A stretch of 64,000 bases of DNA from Salinivirgaceae bacterium (GCA_050251815.1 JBFWMB010000005.1:17787-81786), one strand, 5' to 3'. Shown: positions 29,801-40,140, counted from the stretch's first letter. Notes: generated from the sequence alone by a model not told the origin. A program made the numbers and translations.

Positions 29801-32800
29801 TTCCTTATTACCAAACTGCTGATGGAACCGACAATCCCACGTCGCGCTCTACCTTAGAAACTGAACCTACTACTCAGGCAGGAACAATAAATTTTTCAAG
29901 TGTGGGTGCCACTCAGCTTACGTTGGACTGGTCACCAAGGGGAAATGGTACCAATGTAATTGTTATTGCCCGTGAATCCGCAGATATATTGACCCATCCC
30001 GTTGATGGAACAAGTTATAGTGGCAATAACGATTTTACCTTAGCTGAAGTCTATGCTACCGATCATCGCGTGGTTTTCAACGGTTCTGGAACCGGAGCCA
30101 CCATCACCAATCTGAATCCAAACGCTACCTATTATTTCAGAGCTTATGAATACAATGGCTCAGCATCTACCTGTAATTATCTAACTTCCTCAGGAGGTTC
30201 AAGCAATACTACCACCATAAAAGCTGAACCAACCTTACAAGCCGGTAATTTTTCATTTTCAGTTATTAATACAACTTCATTCACGGTAAATTGGAACCGT
30301 GGTAATGGCGACAATGTCTTTATTGTTGCCAGCACTACTCCTATCAATCAGGTACCGGCTGATGGAATTGATACCTGTACGGTAAGTTCCGTTTTTGGTC
30401 AAGGGTCTGAAATAGCGCTGGAATCAGGAATTTTTGCTGTTTATAAAGGAACAGCTTCCGCCGTTGATATTAGTGGTTTAACCAGCGCTACGCAATACTA
30501 TTTCAGGGCTTTTGAATACAACAATACAGGTACTGACATTGATTATTTAACAACACCTGATAATTCAGCCTCACAATTTACCTTGTCAACTGAACCTACC
30601 GTGCAGGTTAGTGCTTTTGGCAATACGGTTTATAATGACACCATTTCGCTAGACTGGATAAACGGAAACGGAACCGGACGAATTATTCTGGCAAAACATG
30701 GCAATGCGGTAGATGCAAGCCCCACAGATGGAGTTGAATACACAGCCAGTGCCATCTTTGGTTCAGGAACTGAATTAGGTACCGGCAATTATGTAGTATA
30801 TGCTGGAAACCTACCTGATACGGTTCGCATTACCGGACTCCTGGCTTCAGAAACTTATTATTTTCAGGCTTTTGAATACGATAATACCGGAGCACTTAAC
30901 TATTTATTAACCGATGCTCCCACAACATCGGCTACCACCGGAACCAAAGGTGTTCCATCGGTTCAGGCATCTGAAATAAACTTTACCAATCTGGCTTCCG
31001 ATAACTTTACCATTAACTGGATCAATGGAAATGGAGAGAACCGCCTGGTAGTTATGCGCGAAGGCGAACAGGGAACTATTAGTACTCCTGTTGATAATAC
31101 CAATTATGTGGCTAGCAATGATTGGACCACAAAAGGAACCGAGTTGGAATCATCAGGTTACTATACCGTTTACAATGGTTCAGGGAGTTCAGTTTCCGTA
31201 AGCAATTTAACACCAAACACTACCTACTGGGTTTATGTGTTTGAATACAACAACCCAGCTGGTTTTGAAAGCTATAATACAAACACCGAAACCAATAATC
31301 CTGCGAATGGAACAACCCTTAAAACGATTCCAACTGGACAGTCCTGGGGAATAAGCAGTGGAACCATTACCTCAAATTCCATTAACATTTCCTGGACTCG
31401 TGGTAACGGAGATAACTGCATTGCGGTAATAAATACGTCCAATAGCTTTTCAGCCTACGATGGTTTCGATCCCCTTGCCAATGCCAATTACATCGGCAGT
31501 GGCGAGCAAGTGATTTACAATGGCACCGGAAGTTCCGTTACCGTAAGCGGTTTAGATGGCTCAAGCACCTATTGGTTTAAAGTGATGGAATACAACAATT
31601 CAGAAACTTACACCCTGTATCATTCGGCTGATACTACTGACAACCCAATTAGCTTTGCAACACTTGGTACAGCAACCTGGGTTGGAACCACCACCGATTG
31701 GACAACTAACACCAACTGGTCTCCGACAGCTGTTCCAACTTCACTGCAAAGCGTAATCATTTCATCAGGACAAAGTGCTTATCCGGAACTAAGTTCATCG
31801 CATAGTGTTGACAATATGGTAATTGAAGCCGGTGCAACTATTACCATTGCCGATGGTGGCCACTTAAACATTACCCGCGATTTATTGCTCGAAAGCCCAA
31901 CGAGCAGCGGTTCAAGTGGTGCTTTGGTTATTCCGGGTTCAGGAACTATTTCTGTAGGAGGAACCTCAACCATGGAACGCTACAACCCGAACCCATTAAG
32001 CAGGCGTTTTCTTTCATTTCCTACCCCACCCAGCATCAGCACCTTTAATAATTATTATGTATTTGGCTGGGAGGAACCCAATATAAATTGGATCGACATG
32101 AACGGAGGCCCTTCAATTGCTACAATGCAAGGTTTGCTGGTCTGGGACGGTCCGCAAATGATAACTTTCACAGGTGCTTTTAATAATGGCAACCAAAGCA
32201 TTAATGTAACCAACAGCTCACCGGGCGATGGAAGCTACGGCTGGAACCTGGTAGGAAATCCTTACCCCAGCACCATTGATTGGGATGCGGCATCGGGATG
32301 GACATTAAACAATGTAGATGCTACCGCTTATTATTATAATGGTTCAACCTATGACACCTGGAACTCAGGTTCACATTCCGGAACCGGAGGTGGAACCCAA
32401 TACATTGCGGCCGGACAGGGATTTTTTGTACATGCTTCGGCCAATGGCTCATTGGGAATGACCAATGAGGTTCGGGTAACCAATACACAAAATCTGCTAA
32501 AAACAGCCGAAACCGAGAAGCAATTGATACGCATCGAAACAGCAAATAACAATCTTACCAGCGATGCCTTATTGCTATTTTATTCCGATGCTACCGATGA
32601 TTTTGATGCACAGTATGATGCCTACAAATTAACGGGCGATTTGCCTGAACTTGCAGAAGTTTACTTTATCAACAAAACAGATCAGCTGGCCATCAACACT
32701 TTTGCTGCCAATAAACTGGCTGAACTAAACGAAACCCCTCAACTAGTATTTCCATTGGGACTATTAAACCAGACTTCGGGAATTGTTAACTTCCGTATTT

Positions 32801-33213
32801 CCGAAAAACGGAATATACCATCAGACATAAATATTTATGTATATGATGCACTTACCAATGGATACACCAACCTGAATGAAGTGGATTACGAATTATTTAT
32901 TGCCGGAGAAACCAATTACATCGAAGATCGTTTTGAACTTGTATTGTCGAAGAATGCACTTTCAATTAACAACGAAAATTTAGACGTAAAAATATGGTCG
33001 TTTGCCAGTGAAAAAACTATTTTCATAAAAAGCAGTCAGGCAATTGAAACAAGTTCAAGGGTTTATCTGTATGATCTTACAGGCCGTTTATTAAACACCA
33101 ACACGTGGAATGGCTTAGGTTTACAGGAGTTTAAAGTAGAAGCTGCAGGCACCTATATAATTAAAATTCAAGTTGAAAAAAATATAATAACGCAAAAAGT
33201 AGTTGTTCAATAA
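26839..33213 (+). CDS. Large T9SS type-A cargo surface protein with 13 tandem FN3-like repeats
   Basis: Signal peptide from MKRFG. Thirteen ~120-125-aa repeats (P..QAS...W..GNGD...P.DG..Y.A...FG.G...VVY.G...V.GL...Y.F..FEYN), a GWNLVGNPYPSTIDW block, FD..YDAYK and a C-terminal GTYIIKI...TQKVVVQ T9SS CTD. Confidence 0.9.
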   Translation: MKRFGFIVSLLTSILFSETMYGQEPTVQVSNLAVTNATPSSITLSWTNGNGENTLILCKEVELTVYAIPDTYSFLADANYGDGDYLTATSGMPPTTTYNYIVYNGNGSSITVTGLMDATKYMFYAVTYNGSGGTEDYLNSYETNYLSHFSSPFQASDITFSSIQADAITASYTSGSGGNRIVLVKAGSPVDADPVDNTQYTANTVFGSGQQLGTGNYVVAKGDNNSVTVTGLTAGITYHFKVYEYISDGTNRDYRTDGFDEVTDNPNSQITLKPEPTTQASDISFTSTGSSEVSLTWTAGNGDGSMVVVRAEGTTEVDPVDFNDYTANTAIGSAGTTGAGNFVVFKGLGTSVTVTGLTPETTYHFKVYEFNNEGALSNYKIDGYPSGTNPNSTTTLKGQPAQASELVFTNITENSMTVSWTTGGGDGAVLIAREASAIADFPIDGTPYSGDLAFGSGANLGNNTFVLYNGIAETADITGLSLGTTYHFMVCEYNNSGTETDYNTNPGTNNPGSQSTLKTFPTTQATAITITDIQANQFTLTWTNGDGDNRVVLMKQGAAVNAIPADGTNYTANTVFGAGNQLGTGNYVVFNGSTNSVTVTGLDANTNYYAKVFEYNNTGTDILFKTDDFSDFNPASAKTLPTLQASELVFSNVQNNSIDLSWTRGNGDSVLVVAKAGTTLTETPTEGTIYTANGTFESGETIAPGVYVVYSGTGTSVSVDGLAASTDYVFKAFEFNNSEPYTSYLNTDGSSNNPATQSTTGDEPTTQASAVSFANTSSTQTDVSWTAGNGDGRIVLAYEGDTLSALPVDGTTYTANAIFGSGSEIGTGNFVVALGDVISETVTGLTPESEYQFRVFEYSGSGSSINYLTSAGSDNPDSVTTLVGKPIIQASNVTYDQLDTESYRVNWTHGSGDSLLVVAVAGTFTTSENPVDETDYVADAAFGSGTLIGSGRVVYKGISADGSVIVTNLTAATNYSFKVFEYNSIGGIPYYQTADGTDNPTSRSTLETEPTTQAGTINFSSVGATQLTLDWSPRGNGTNVIVIARESADILTHPVDGTSYSGNNDFTLAEVYATDHRVVFNGSGTGATITNLNPNATYYFRAYEYNGSASTCNYLTSSGGSSNTTTIKAEPTLQAGNFSFSVINTTSFTVNWNRGNGDNVFIVASTTPINQVPADGIDTCTVSSVFGQGSEIALESGIFAVYKGTASAVDISGLTSATQYYFRAFEYNNTGTDIDYLTTPDNSASQFTLSTEPTVQVSAFGNTVYNDTISLDWINGNGTGRIILAKHGNAVDASPTDGVEYTASAIFGSGTELGTGNYVVYAGNLPDTVRITGLLASETYYFQAFEYDNTGALNYLLTDAPTTSATTGTKGVPSVQASEINFTNLASDNFTINWINGNGENRLVVMREGEQGTISTPVDNTNYVASNDWTTKGTELESSGYYTVYNGSGSSVSVSNLTPNTTYWVYVFEYNNPAGFESYNTNTETNNPANGTTLKTIPTGQSWGISSGTITSNSINISWTRGNGDNCIAVINTSNSFSAYDGFDPLANANYIGSGEQVIYNGTGSSVTVSGLDGSSTYWFKVMEYNNSETYTLYHSADTTDNPISFATLGTATWVGTTTDWTTNTNWSPTAVPTSLQSVIISSGQSAYPELSSSHSVDNMVIEAGATITIADGGHLNITRDLLLESPTSSGSSGALVIPGSGTISVGGTSTMERYNPNPLSRRFLSFPTPPSISTFNNYYVFGWEEPNINWIDMNGGPSIATMQGLLVWDGPQMITFTGAFNNGNQSINVTNSSPGDGSYGWNLVGNPYPSTIDWDAASGWTLNNVDATAYYYNGSTYDTWNSGSHSGTGGGTQYIAAGQGFFVHASANGSLGMTNEVRVTNTQNLLKTAETEKQLIRIETANNNLTSDALLLFYSDATDDFDAQYDAYKLTGDLPELAEVYFINKTDQLAINTFAANKLAELNETPQLVFPLGLLNQTSGIVNFRISEKRNIPSDINIYVYDALTNGYTNLNEVDYELFIAGETNYIEDRFELVLSKNALSINNENLDVKIWSFASEKTIFIKSSQAIETSSRVYLYDLTGRLLNTNTWNGLGLQEFKVEAAGTYIIKIQVEKNIITQKVVVQ

Positions 33214-33257
33214 AATAATTTTTATCACTTTTGCAGATTGAGCAGAATAATTAGCCA

Positions 33258-33548
33258 ATGATAGTTAAAGTAACAAAATATATTACTGCTTTACTTTTTT
33301 TACTATTTTTTCCAAGTTTATTGTTTGCCGATGGCACCAAGCCTTCGTCGACCAGTAAAAGCGGGAATTTTAAAAAAAGTAGTTTCTCAAAGCAGAATAG
33401 CTGGAGCTCAGGCGGGAAGGCCCTTACTCCTCCCAATCCGGATGACGCAACGGGAGGAACCAAAGTGCCAATTTCCGGGGGGCTTACTTTCCTACTCATT
33501 GGCAGTACCTTATATTTGGTTAAGCGAGTGAAGGATGAAAACAAATAA
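33258..33548 (+). CDS. Small secreted protein with a PID-CTERM-like sorting signal
   Basis: Signal peptide ending LLFA, a ~45-aa S/K/P-rich linker, then VPISGG + hydrophobic helix LTFLLIGSTLYLV + basic KRVK. This is the tripartite exosortase-type signal. Confidence 0.8.
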   Translation: MIVKVTKYITALLFLLFFPSLLFADGTKPSSTSKSGNFKKSSFSKQNSWSSGGKALTPPNPDDATGGTKVPISGGLTFLLIGSTLYLVKRVKDENK

Positions 33549-33557
33549 TCCTTTTTC

Positions 33558-34175
33558 ATGCCTTTATTCAAATCAATCAATCAACTAAAGATTTCTGATT
33601 CACTGATAAAAGAAATTCTGCAGTACCTTTTTTCATTTACTATTGCCTGGGTAATTGCCAGTTTAATTTCTGACTTTCCGTTTTTTGCCGAACCCATCGA
33701 AAAATCAGGTTTTACTGAATACTACCGTGATTTTTTAATGGGCTTAACCAATCAACAACTGCACGGGTTGGGACATCAAACCTTTTGGTACAACAACACA
33801 CTGGGAATTGAAGGAACCGCCGGATTAATATTTGCCTACGGATGCCTGGGTTACCGAATTCTGGCGTTTTTTATCGTATTTATCATCCTTCAGTTCGGAC
33901 GATTTTTTCATAAAATCTGGTATTTGCTATTGGGAATTTTCCTGATTACCTGGATAAATTCTCTTAGGGTAGTAATAATTGCTTTGGGCCAATTACACAA
34001 TCCCGAATACACTGTTTTGTTGCACGATACGATATCGCCCGTTTTAATGTATCCTCTATTACTGGCCCTTTGGATAATCTGGCTAAAAACCTTTGGAAAA
34101 GCACCTACAACAGATACCCTGTTGTATAAAATGGTAAAATTTATAGCCAATGCGCCCTTGTTTAATTCAAAATAA
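33558..34175 (+). CDS. Exosortase/archaeosortase-family transpeptidase
   Basis: Multi-TM protein with Cys (YGCLG), Arg (INSLRV) and His (LLHD) in the exosortase triad order; next to the sorting-signal gene. Confidence 0.85.
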   Translation: MPLFKSINQLKISDSLIKEILQYLFSFTIAWVIASLISDFPFFAEPIEKSGFTEYYRDFLMGLTNQQLHGLGHQTFWYNNTLGIEGTAGLIFAYGCLGYRILAFFIVFIILQFGRFFHKIWYLLLGIFLITWINSLRVVIIALGQLHNPEYTVLLHDTISPVLMYPLLLALWIIWLKTFGKAPTTDTLLYKMVKFIANAPLFNSK

Positions 34176-34223
34176 TTTTAAATTTACTTTGGGATTAAGA
34201 TTGGTAACAAAAAAAACCAAAGT

Positions 34224-34814
34224 ATGGGAATCGAGATTAATTTATTTAACATTAACCACTACCTGGCCAAAATTGGAAAAGGTAAATGCCTCATCTCGGA
34301 ACCTTTTTCACCCGATTCTTATTTTGGACGTTCGGTGGTTTTAATTACCGAACATAGTGAAAATGAAGGTACATTGGGTTATATTCTAAACAAACCCATC
34401 GATGTTCCCATCCACGAATTATTTCCCGATTTTCCAACCTTTAATGCTCCCTGTTTTGTGGGCGGACCGGTAAACCCTGAGACCATTCATTATTTGCATA
34501 CCCGTATCGATTTATTGCCCGAGAGCACTCCGGTAACCAATGGAATTTATTGGGGAGGCGATTTTGATTTACTTAAAGAACACATTCAAAATGGGATGAT
34601 AAGGCCCAGTGAGATACGTTTTTACCTTGGTTATAGCGGTTGGGCACCCCAGCAATTACAGCAGGAAATTGATGATAAGTTTTGGATTGTCAGTCCGATT
34701 TCTTCAACAAAAATTATGCATGCCAATCAAAATACCTGGAAAGAATTGCTGAATGAGATGGGCGATTCTTATTCCATTTGGGCCAATGCCCCAACCAATC
34801 CGGGTATGAATTAA
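34224..34814 (+). CDS. YqgE/AlgH (DUF179) family protein
   Basis: FGRSVVLI.EH, GYILNKP, GGPV, GYSGW..QL..E and P..N motifs. Confidence 0.92.
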   Translation: MGIEINLFNINHYLAKIGKGKCLISEPFSPDSYFGRSVVLITEHSENEGTLGYILNKPIDVPIHELFPDFPTFNAPCFVGGPVNPETIHYLHTRIDLLPESTPVTNGIYWGGDFDLLKEHIQNGMIRPSEIRFYLGYSGWAPQQLQQEIDDKFWIVSPISSTKIMHANQNTWKELLNEMGDSYSIWANAPTNPGMN

Positions 34815-35668
34815 GAAAAAGCCTGGTTATTAAGCCTTTCGAGCAACATTTGACTTTTCTTTTTAAAATACCTACGATTTTGAAAGCCAATTACACTGCG
34901 GATTCCACTTACAGCATTTGTTAAAAATATTTCGTCCATTTGGTGCAGATCCTCAGCCATTAGTAACGCATCATCGTTTACCAGAAACCCCAATCCAGAA
35001 GCAATTTTTAGAATCTGTTTACGCATGACTCCCTCCACAGGTCCCAACTTTAACGAAGGAGTAAACAATTCATTCCCCCGGATGGCAAACATATTGGACG
35101 AAGTGGCTTCAATCAAAAAATTGTCGGCTGAAACAAGTAAAACATCATCAAACGAATGACGCTGCGCATATAATGAAGCTAAAATATAAAATTGCGCGTT
35201 CAACGATTTTATTTGCAAATAGGGCACATTAGGTTTGGAAAACGTATTGTAAACCCCCAAAACCAAACCCTGATGGAGCATTTCATAGGGCCCTTTGCCC
35301 AGGTATTTTGCTTCAATAAAAATATCTGTTGCATTCTTATCGGGTAGATACAAACCGGCTCCTCCTCTTACAAAGACAGCTTTAACGCGAGCAGCCTGAA
35401 ATAATTTATTACGCGAAAGCAAACCTGAGATTTGTTTGTCAAAAAAATCGAGTGAGAAATAATCGGGTAAATGCATTTCGAGGGTAGCTGCCGCTTTCAC
35501 TATTCGCTGATAATGATCGGCTATAAATTGGGTTTTTAGGCCGTTGGCATGCATGGTTTCAAAAAAACCATCGCCATAGCGAAAAGCACGGTTCTGCAAA
35601 CCAATGGGCAATTCCGATTCGGCCAGGTAATGTTTATTAAATGCACATATCTTGTATTCATTGGCCAT
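34811..35668 (-). CDS. Aminotransferase class IV (4-amino-4-deoxychorismate lyase-like)
   Basis: NRAFRYGDGFFET, KS.N, EATSSN.F, G.MR and EIFLTNA motifs. Confidence 0.88.
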   Translation of the reverse strand: MANEYKICAFNKHYLAESELPIGLQNRAFRYGDGFFETMHANGLKTQFIADHYQRIVKAAATLEMHLPDYFSLDFFDKQISGLLSRNKLFQAARVKAVFVRGGAGLYLPDKNATDIFIEAKYLGKGPYEMLHQGLVLGVYNTFSKPNVPYLQIKSLNAQFYILASLYAQRHSFDDVLLVSADNFLIEATSSNMFAIRGNELFTPSLKLGPVEGVMRKQILKIASGLGFLVNDDALLMAEDLHQMDEIFLTNAVSGIRSVIGFQNRRYFKKKSQMLLERLNNQAFS

Positions 35669-36152
35669 GCAGTAATTCGGGCAAAATGGTTAACAAACTT
35701 TGATTGCTTTTAATTCGGATTCCGCGTATTCCGGCATTCCGCGCTGCTTCCATATCCTTATCGTTATCGCCAACAAATAGTGCATTATTTGCATCAATAG
35801 TAAAACGCGCCATGGCTTTTTCAATGAGCAGGGAACCGGGTTTACGACACAAACAATTTTCAAAATCGCTGTGGTGTGGGCAATAATAAATATCAAGGAT
35901 GGAAATTCCGGCTTTATTCATTAAAGATAAAAACTTTGAATGAACCTTTTCAACATCAGTTTTTGAATAGGTTCCTCGTGCTATTCCTCCCTGGTTTGAA
36001 ATTACAACAAACTCGTATCCTGCCAAAGTCAATTTTTGCATGGCATCGACAAACCCCTCGTTCAAAACAAAATCGTCGGGACGGTAAATATAATAGTGAC
36101 CGGTATCGTTATTAATTACGCCATCTCTATCTAAAAACAAGACTTTTCGCAT
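35658..36152 (-). CDS. gmhB: D,D-heptose-1,7-bisphosphate phosphatase (HAD IIIA)
   Basis: FLDRDGVIN, SNQGG, YCPH....C.CRKP and GD...D motifs. Confidence 0.85.
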   Translation of the reverse strand: MRKVLFLDRDGVINNDTGHYYIYRPDDFVLNEGFVDAMQKLTLAGYEFVVISNQGGIARGTYSKTDVEKVHSKFLSLMNKAGISILDIYYCPHHSDFENCLCRKPGSLLIEKAMARFTIDANNALFVGDNDKDMEAARNAGIRGIRIKSNQSLLTILPELLHGQ

Positions 36153-36168
36153 GGCTCAATAATTATAT

Positions 36169-36774
36169 CTACGGGAGAAGCTGATTAATAAAATGTGTAA
36201 ATAACCCCGGTTTTATCAAAATTGGAAAAACAAAACCAAAAACGGCGCCCCAAAAATGGGCATCGTGACCAATATTATCGATATTCTTTTTACCCATGTA
36301 ATACGAATACCCCAAATATAGCAAACCAAACATAATGCCCGGAATGGGCACAATAGCCATAAAATATATTTTGCTTAAGGGAGCAAAAAAGATGCTGGCA
36401 AAAGTTACAGCCGACACAGCACCCGAAGCGCCAACGGCATTGTAATGGGGATTGTCTTTTTCTTTAAACAGGGTAAAAACCGAAGACACCACAATGGCTC
36501 CGAAATACAAAACTAAAAACAATAAAGTGCTACTAGCACCTATAAAGTGGTGAAAATAGTATTCCAGTGCCTGCCCAAAGGAATAAAACACCAACATGTT
36601 AATTATTAAATGCTCCCAGTTGGCGTGCAAAAAAGCATGGGTAAAAAGCCGGTACCATTGCCTGCGATGCACAATCTGATAGGGATTCAGGTTGTATCGG
36701 TACATTAACTCAGGCCGGCTAAAGGCTGCAATAGAAAATATTGCAGTAACTACAATGATTAGAATACTTATCAT
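36169..36774 (-). CDS. Rhomboid intramembrane serine protease
   Basis: WYR, HAFLHA..HL..NM, GASG and AHFWGA motifs. Confidence 0.92.
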   Translation of the reverse strand: MISILIIVVTAIFSIAAFSRPELMYRYNLNPYQIVHRRQWYRLFTHAFLHANWEHLIINMLVFYSFGQALEYYFHHFIGASSTLLFLVLYFGAIVVSSVFTLFKEKDNPHYNAVGASGAVSAVTFASIFFAPLSKIYFMAIVPIPGIMFGLLYLGYSYYMGKKNIDNIGHDAHFWGAVFGFVFPILIKPGLFTHFINQLLP

Positions 36775-36780
36775 AAACAA

Positions 36781-37155
36781 TTAATTTCGGGGGCTAAATT
36801 CAAAAGGAATTTCAAGAATTGAAGCAAAATCGAGACCCAGGCGCAACATATCTTCATCGATATTTTCGTAGGCCCATTCAACCGAAATGTGACGTCCCCG
36901 GTTGTACATGTCGTTTAGCTTGCGCAATACATTAAAAACCATGTGATGCGAAGAAGTACTCAGGTATCTGAAAAATAATTTGCATTGGCAATTATCTAAA
37001 TGACTGCCTTCGTTATCGAGCCATTCAATAATCGGCTTATACACCCTGTTCACATCTTCAGGTGTTGAATTTCCGGCAATTTGAAAGATTGCCAAATCCG
37101 CATCCATCAGTACATCCGGACAATCTTCGGTAGCTTCAATTTTTAAATAACCCAA
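36781..37155 (-). CDS. SiaC-family (DUF1987) protein, second copy
   Basis: P.V...I.G.S.PED...YKPII.W, YLSTSS and W.Y...DEDM..G.DF motifs. TTG start. Confidence 0.8.
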   Translation of the reverse strand: MGYLKIEATEDCPDVLMDADLAIFQIAGNSTPEDVNRVYKPIIEWLDNEGSHLDNCQCKLFFRYLSTSSHHMVFNVLRKLNDMYNRGRHISVEWAYENIDEDMLRLGLDFASILEIPFEFSPRN

Positions 37156-37166
37156 AATACGTTGTT

Positions 37167-37685
37167 TTAAAATTTGTGACTAAGTTGCTGATAAATCTCC
37201 AGATTCTCATCATCAAATATAGCAAAAATAACCTTTTCGATGGTGGAATCTTCCGACAGAAACCGGCTAACCGCAGTCAGTGCAACTTCGGCTGCTTCAC
37301 TTTTTGGATAGCCATAAATTCCTGTACTAATATTTGGAAAAGCAATACTTTTTAACTTCTTGGCAACCGCGTGTTTTAATGCGTTCTGATAGCACAAAGC
37401 CAGCAATTCCGCTTCACCACTATTACCTCCATGCCAAACCGGGCCCACGGTATGTATTACAAAAGGAGCCTTTAAGCGGTATCCGGAAGTTACTTTTGCA
37501 GCGCCGGTAGCACAACCATTTAATGTTTTGCATTCTTTCAGCAATTCGGGACCCGCTGCACGGTGAATGGCACCATCGACACCTCCCCCTCCCAATAAAC
37601 TATTGTTTGCGGCATTTACCACAGCATCGACCTGCAATTGTGTGATATCAGTTTTAATAATTTTTATTTTTTGCTGAAAACCCAT
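37167..37685 (-). CDS. ymdB: Macro-domain O-acetyl-ADP-ribose deacetylase
   Basis: [29 protein letters not shown] and [12 protein letters not shown] motifs. Confidence 0.9.
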   Translation of the reverse strand: MGFQQKIKIIKTDITQLQVDAVVNAANNSLLGGGGVDGAIHRAAGPELLKECKTLNGCATGAAKVTSGYRLKAPFVIHTVGPVWHGGNSGEAELLALCYQNALKHAVAKKLKSIAFPNISTGIYGYPKSEAAEVALTAVSRFLSEDSTIEKVIFAIFDDENLEIYQQLSHKF

Positions 37686-37689
37686 GAAA

Positions 37690-40140
37690 TTAACGTAAGG
37701 TTGCGGCAAATTTTTGGTCGAAATTACGAATGATATTATTCATAATTTTATCTATTTGCTTATCTGTAAGTGTTTTTGTTTCGTCTTGCAAAATAAAACT
37801 CAAGGCATACGATTTCTTTCCCTCACCCAGGTTTTTGCCTTCGTAAACATCAAAAAGCGACACTTCTTTTAATAATTTACGCTCGGTACGCAAAGCTTCC
37901 TGCTTTAAATCATCGAAGCTTACGTTGTTTTGAAGTAAAAGTGACAAATCGCGGCGAACTTCAGGAAATTTAGCCAACTCTTTGAATTCTACTTTTGCAT
38001 TACGAACAGCTTTCAGCAATTTATCCCAATTAATTTCAGCAAAATATATGTCTTGTTTCAGTTCGAACTGTTTTCGTACTTTTCGGTTTACCAAACCCAG
38101 AACAGCAAGTTCCATTTTATTGTACTCCATCACCAAAGCTTCGGTAAATAATTCATTGGAAATGTAACGAAAACTCACCTTCTCCATTACAATACCCAGG
38201 CGCTCCATTACATGTTCAACGTTTCGCTTTAAGTAATAAAAACTAACCGGTTCTTGTTTAAGCAGCCACGATTCGGGAGCTCTGTTTCCCGAAACACAAA
38301 GCGCCAGACGTTCGCCCTGCATGTATTTTTGTAAGGGGTTTTGTATTTCCTGATTGCTGTTTAATGCATACACATTGCCAAACTCAAAAAATTTTAAATC
38401 GGGATGTTGCCTGTTACTGTTAAAAGCAATTGCTTCGAGTGCACCAAAAAGTAACGTTTGACGCATAGAATTTAAATCCTGACTTAGCGGATTAGCCAAT
38501 GTTACGGTCTGCTCTTTAGGAAAAACATTCAAGTTTTCGTAATAAGCTGCTTTAGTTAACGAGTTTGCCATCATTTCTGTAAAGCCAACTGCAACCAGCT
38601 GATTGGCAATCAATTCTTTTTGCACAATGGGATCGGGTTTTGCAGCATAAGCAAGGGTTGCATTCACCTGTTCGCTCATTGGAACGGCATTGTATCCGTA
38701 AATACGCAATATTTCTTCAATTACATCGGCCTCACGTTGCACATCGACCCGATACGGAGGAACCTTTAAAAAAAGTTCATCGCCCATCACTTTTTCAATT
38801 TTAATTTCGAGCGCTTCCAGAATTTTGCTTACCACTTCTAACGAAAGTTCCAGACCGATTAAACGTTTTACCTGCTTTAACCGAAGCGTAATATCATAAT
38901 CGGCAACAGGCTGGGGATAAATATCAACAATTTCGCTGCTAATGGTTCCGCCGGCAACTTCCTTAATAAGCAAGGCAGCTCGTTTTAAGGCGTAAATGGT
39001 AATGTTGGGATCAACGCCTCTTTCGAACCGGAACGAAGCATCGGTATTTAATCCATGACGACGTGCTGTTTTACGCACATAAACCGGATTAAAACAAGCA
39101 CTTTCAAGGAAAATACTTTGAGTTTTTGGGGTAACACCTGATTCAACACCACCAAAAACTCCGGCAATACACATGCCTTCTTCGGCATTACAAATCATCA
39201 GATCGTTTGCATCGAGTTTACGTTCCTCCTCGTCGAGGGTAGTAAACAACGTGTTGTTTTCCAGTGTCTTAACTACCACCTTATTTCCTTTTATGAAAGC
39301 AGCATCAAAGGCATGTAAAGGCTGACCCAATTCGTGTAGCACATAATTGGTCACATCAACCACATTGTTAATGGGATTTAGCCCTATTGCTTTTAAGCGA
39401 TGCTTCAACCAATCAGGCGATTCAGTGACGGTAAGTCCAGTTAATGTAACTCCGGCATAGCGAATACAAGCTTCGGGAGTTTCAACCTGAACATCAATGG
39501 GTAAATTCTTATTATCTGTCTTAAATTCCGAAATATCGGGCAAGGTATAATCGATAGTTTTAATTTGTTTTAATGCTGCAGTTATATCGCGGGCTACTCC
39601 AACATGTGAAGCTGCGTCGATGCGATTGGGAGTAAGATCAACTTCAAAAACCACATCGTTTTCTATATTAAAATACTGACTTGCCGGAGTACCATTCTTA
39701 AGTTCATTGGGCAGGACCATAATCCCTTCGTGAGCAGTTCCCACACCAATTTCAACTTCAGAACAAATCATTCCGTGGGACTCTTCACCACGAATTTTTG
39801 ATTTCTTTATCTCAAAACTTTCGTTTCCACTGTATAGTTTTGTTCCCACAGTAGCAACCACAACTTTTTGTCCGGCAGCCACATTAGGAGCTCCACATAC
39901 AACTGAAGTTGGTACACCGTTGCCTAAATCGACAGTGGTTAAACTTAAATGATCGGAATTTGGATGTGGAACACAAGTCAAAACTTCACCAATCACCAAC
40001 CCCTGCAATCCGCCCTGAATTGATTGGTAAGTTTCCACATTTCCCACTTCCAACCCCAGAGATGTTAACAATGAAGCAAGTTTTTCGGGTTCTAAATCAA
40101 TATTTATGTATTGTTTCAGCCAATTATAAGAAATCTTCAT
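37690..40140 (-). CDS. pheT: Phenylalanine--tRNA ligase beta subunit
   Basis: [25 protein letters not shown] and RRDLS motifs, with a C-terminal FDX-ACB domain. Confidence 0.98.
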   Translation of the reverse strand: MKISYNWLKQYINIDLEPEKLASLLTSLGLEVGNVETYQSIQGGLQGLVIGEVLTCVPHPNSDHLSLTTVDLGNGVPTSVVCGAPNVAAGQKVVVATVGTKLYSGNESFEIKKSKIRGEESHGMICSEVEIGVGTAHEGIMVLPNELKNGTPASQYFNIENDVVFEVDLTPNRIDAASHVGVARDITAALKQIKTIDYTLPDISEFKTDNKNLPIDVQVETPEACIRYAGVTLTGLTVTESPDWLKHRLKAIGLNPINNVVDVTNYVLHELGQPLHAFDAAFIKGNKVVVKTLENNTLFTTLDEEERKLDANDLMICNAEEGMCIAGVFGGVESGVTPKTQSIFLESACFNPVYVRKTARRHGLNTDASFRFERGVDPNITIYALKRAALLIKEVAGGTISSEIVDIYPQPVADYDITLRLKQVKRLIGLELSLEVVSKILEALEIKIEKVMGDELFLKVPPYRVDVQREADVIEEILRIYGYNAVPMSEQVNATLAYAAKPDPIVQKELIANQLVAVGFTEMMANSLTKAAYYENLNVFPKEQTVTLANPLSQDLNSMRQTLLFGALEAIAFNSNRQHPDLKFFEFGNVYALNSNQEIQNPLQKYMQGERLALCVSGNRAPESWLLKQEPVSFYYLKRNVEHVMERLGIVMEKVSFRYISNELFTEALVMEYNKMELAVLGLVNRKVRKQFELKQDIYFAEINWDKLLKAVRNAKVEFKELAKFPEVRRDLSLLLQNNVSFDDLKQEALRTERKLLKEVSLFDVYEGKNLGEGKKSYALSFILQDETKTLTDKQIDKIMNNIIRNFDQKFAATLR

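Noticed and set aside
36169-36774. Rhomboid as a rhombosortase acting on the nearby sorting-signal peptide
   Set aside because: It looks like a generic rhomboid in the pheT operon on the opposite strand. The peptide has no GlyGly-CTERM form and has an exosortase directly adjacent.
37167-37685. Macro-domain gene as an anti-phage or toxin-antitoxin component
   Set aside because: It is a standard YmdB-like protein coupled to pheT, with no ADP-ribosyltransferase, sirtuin or TIR gene nearby.
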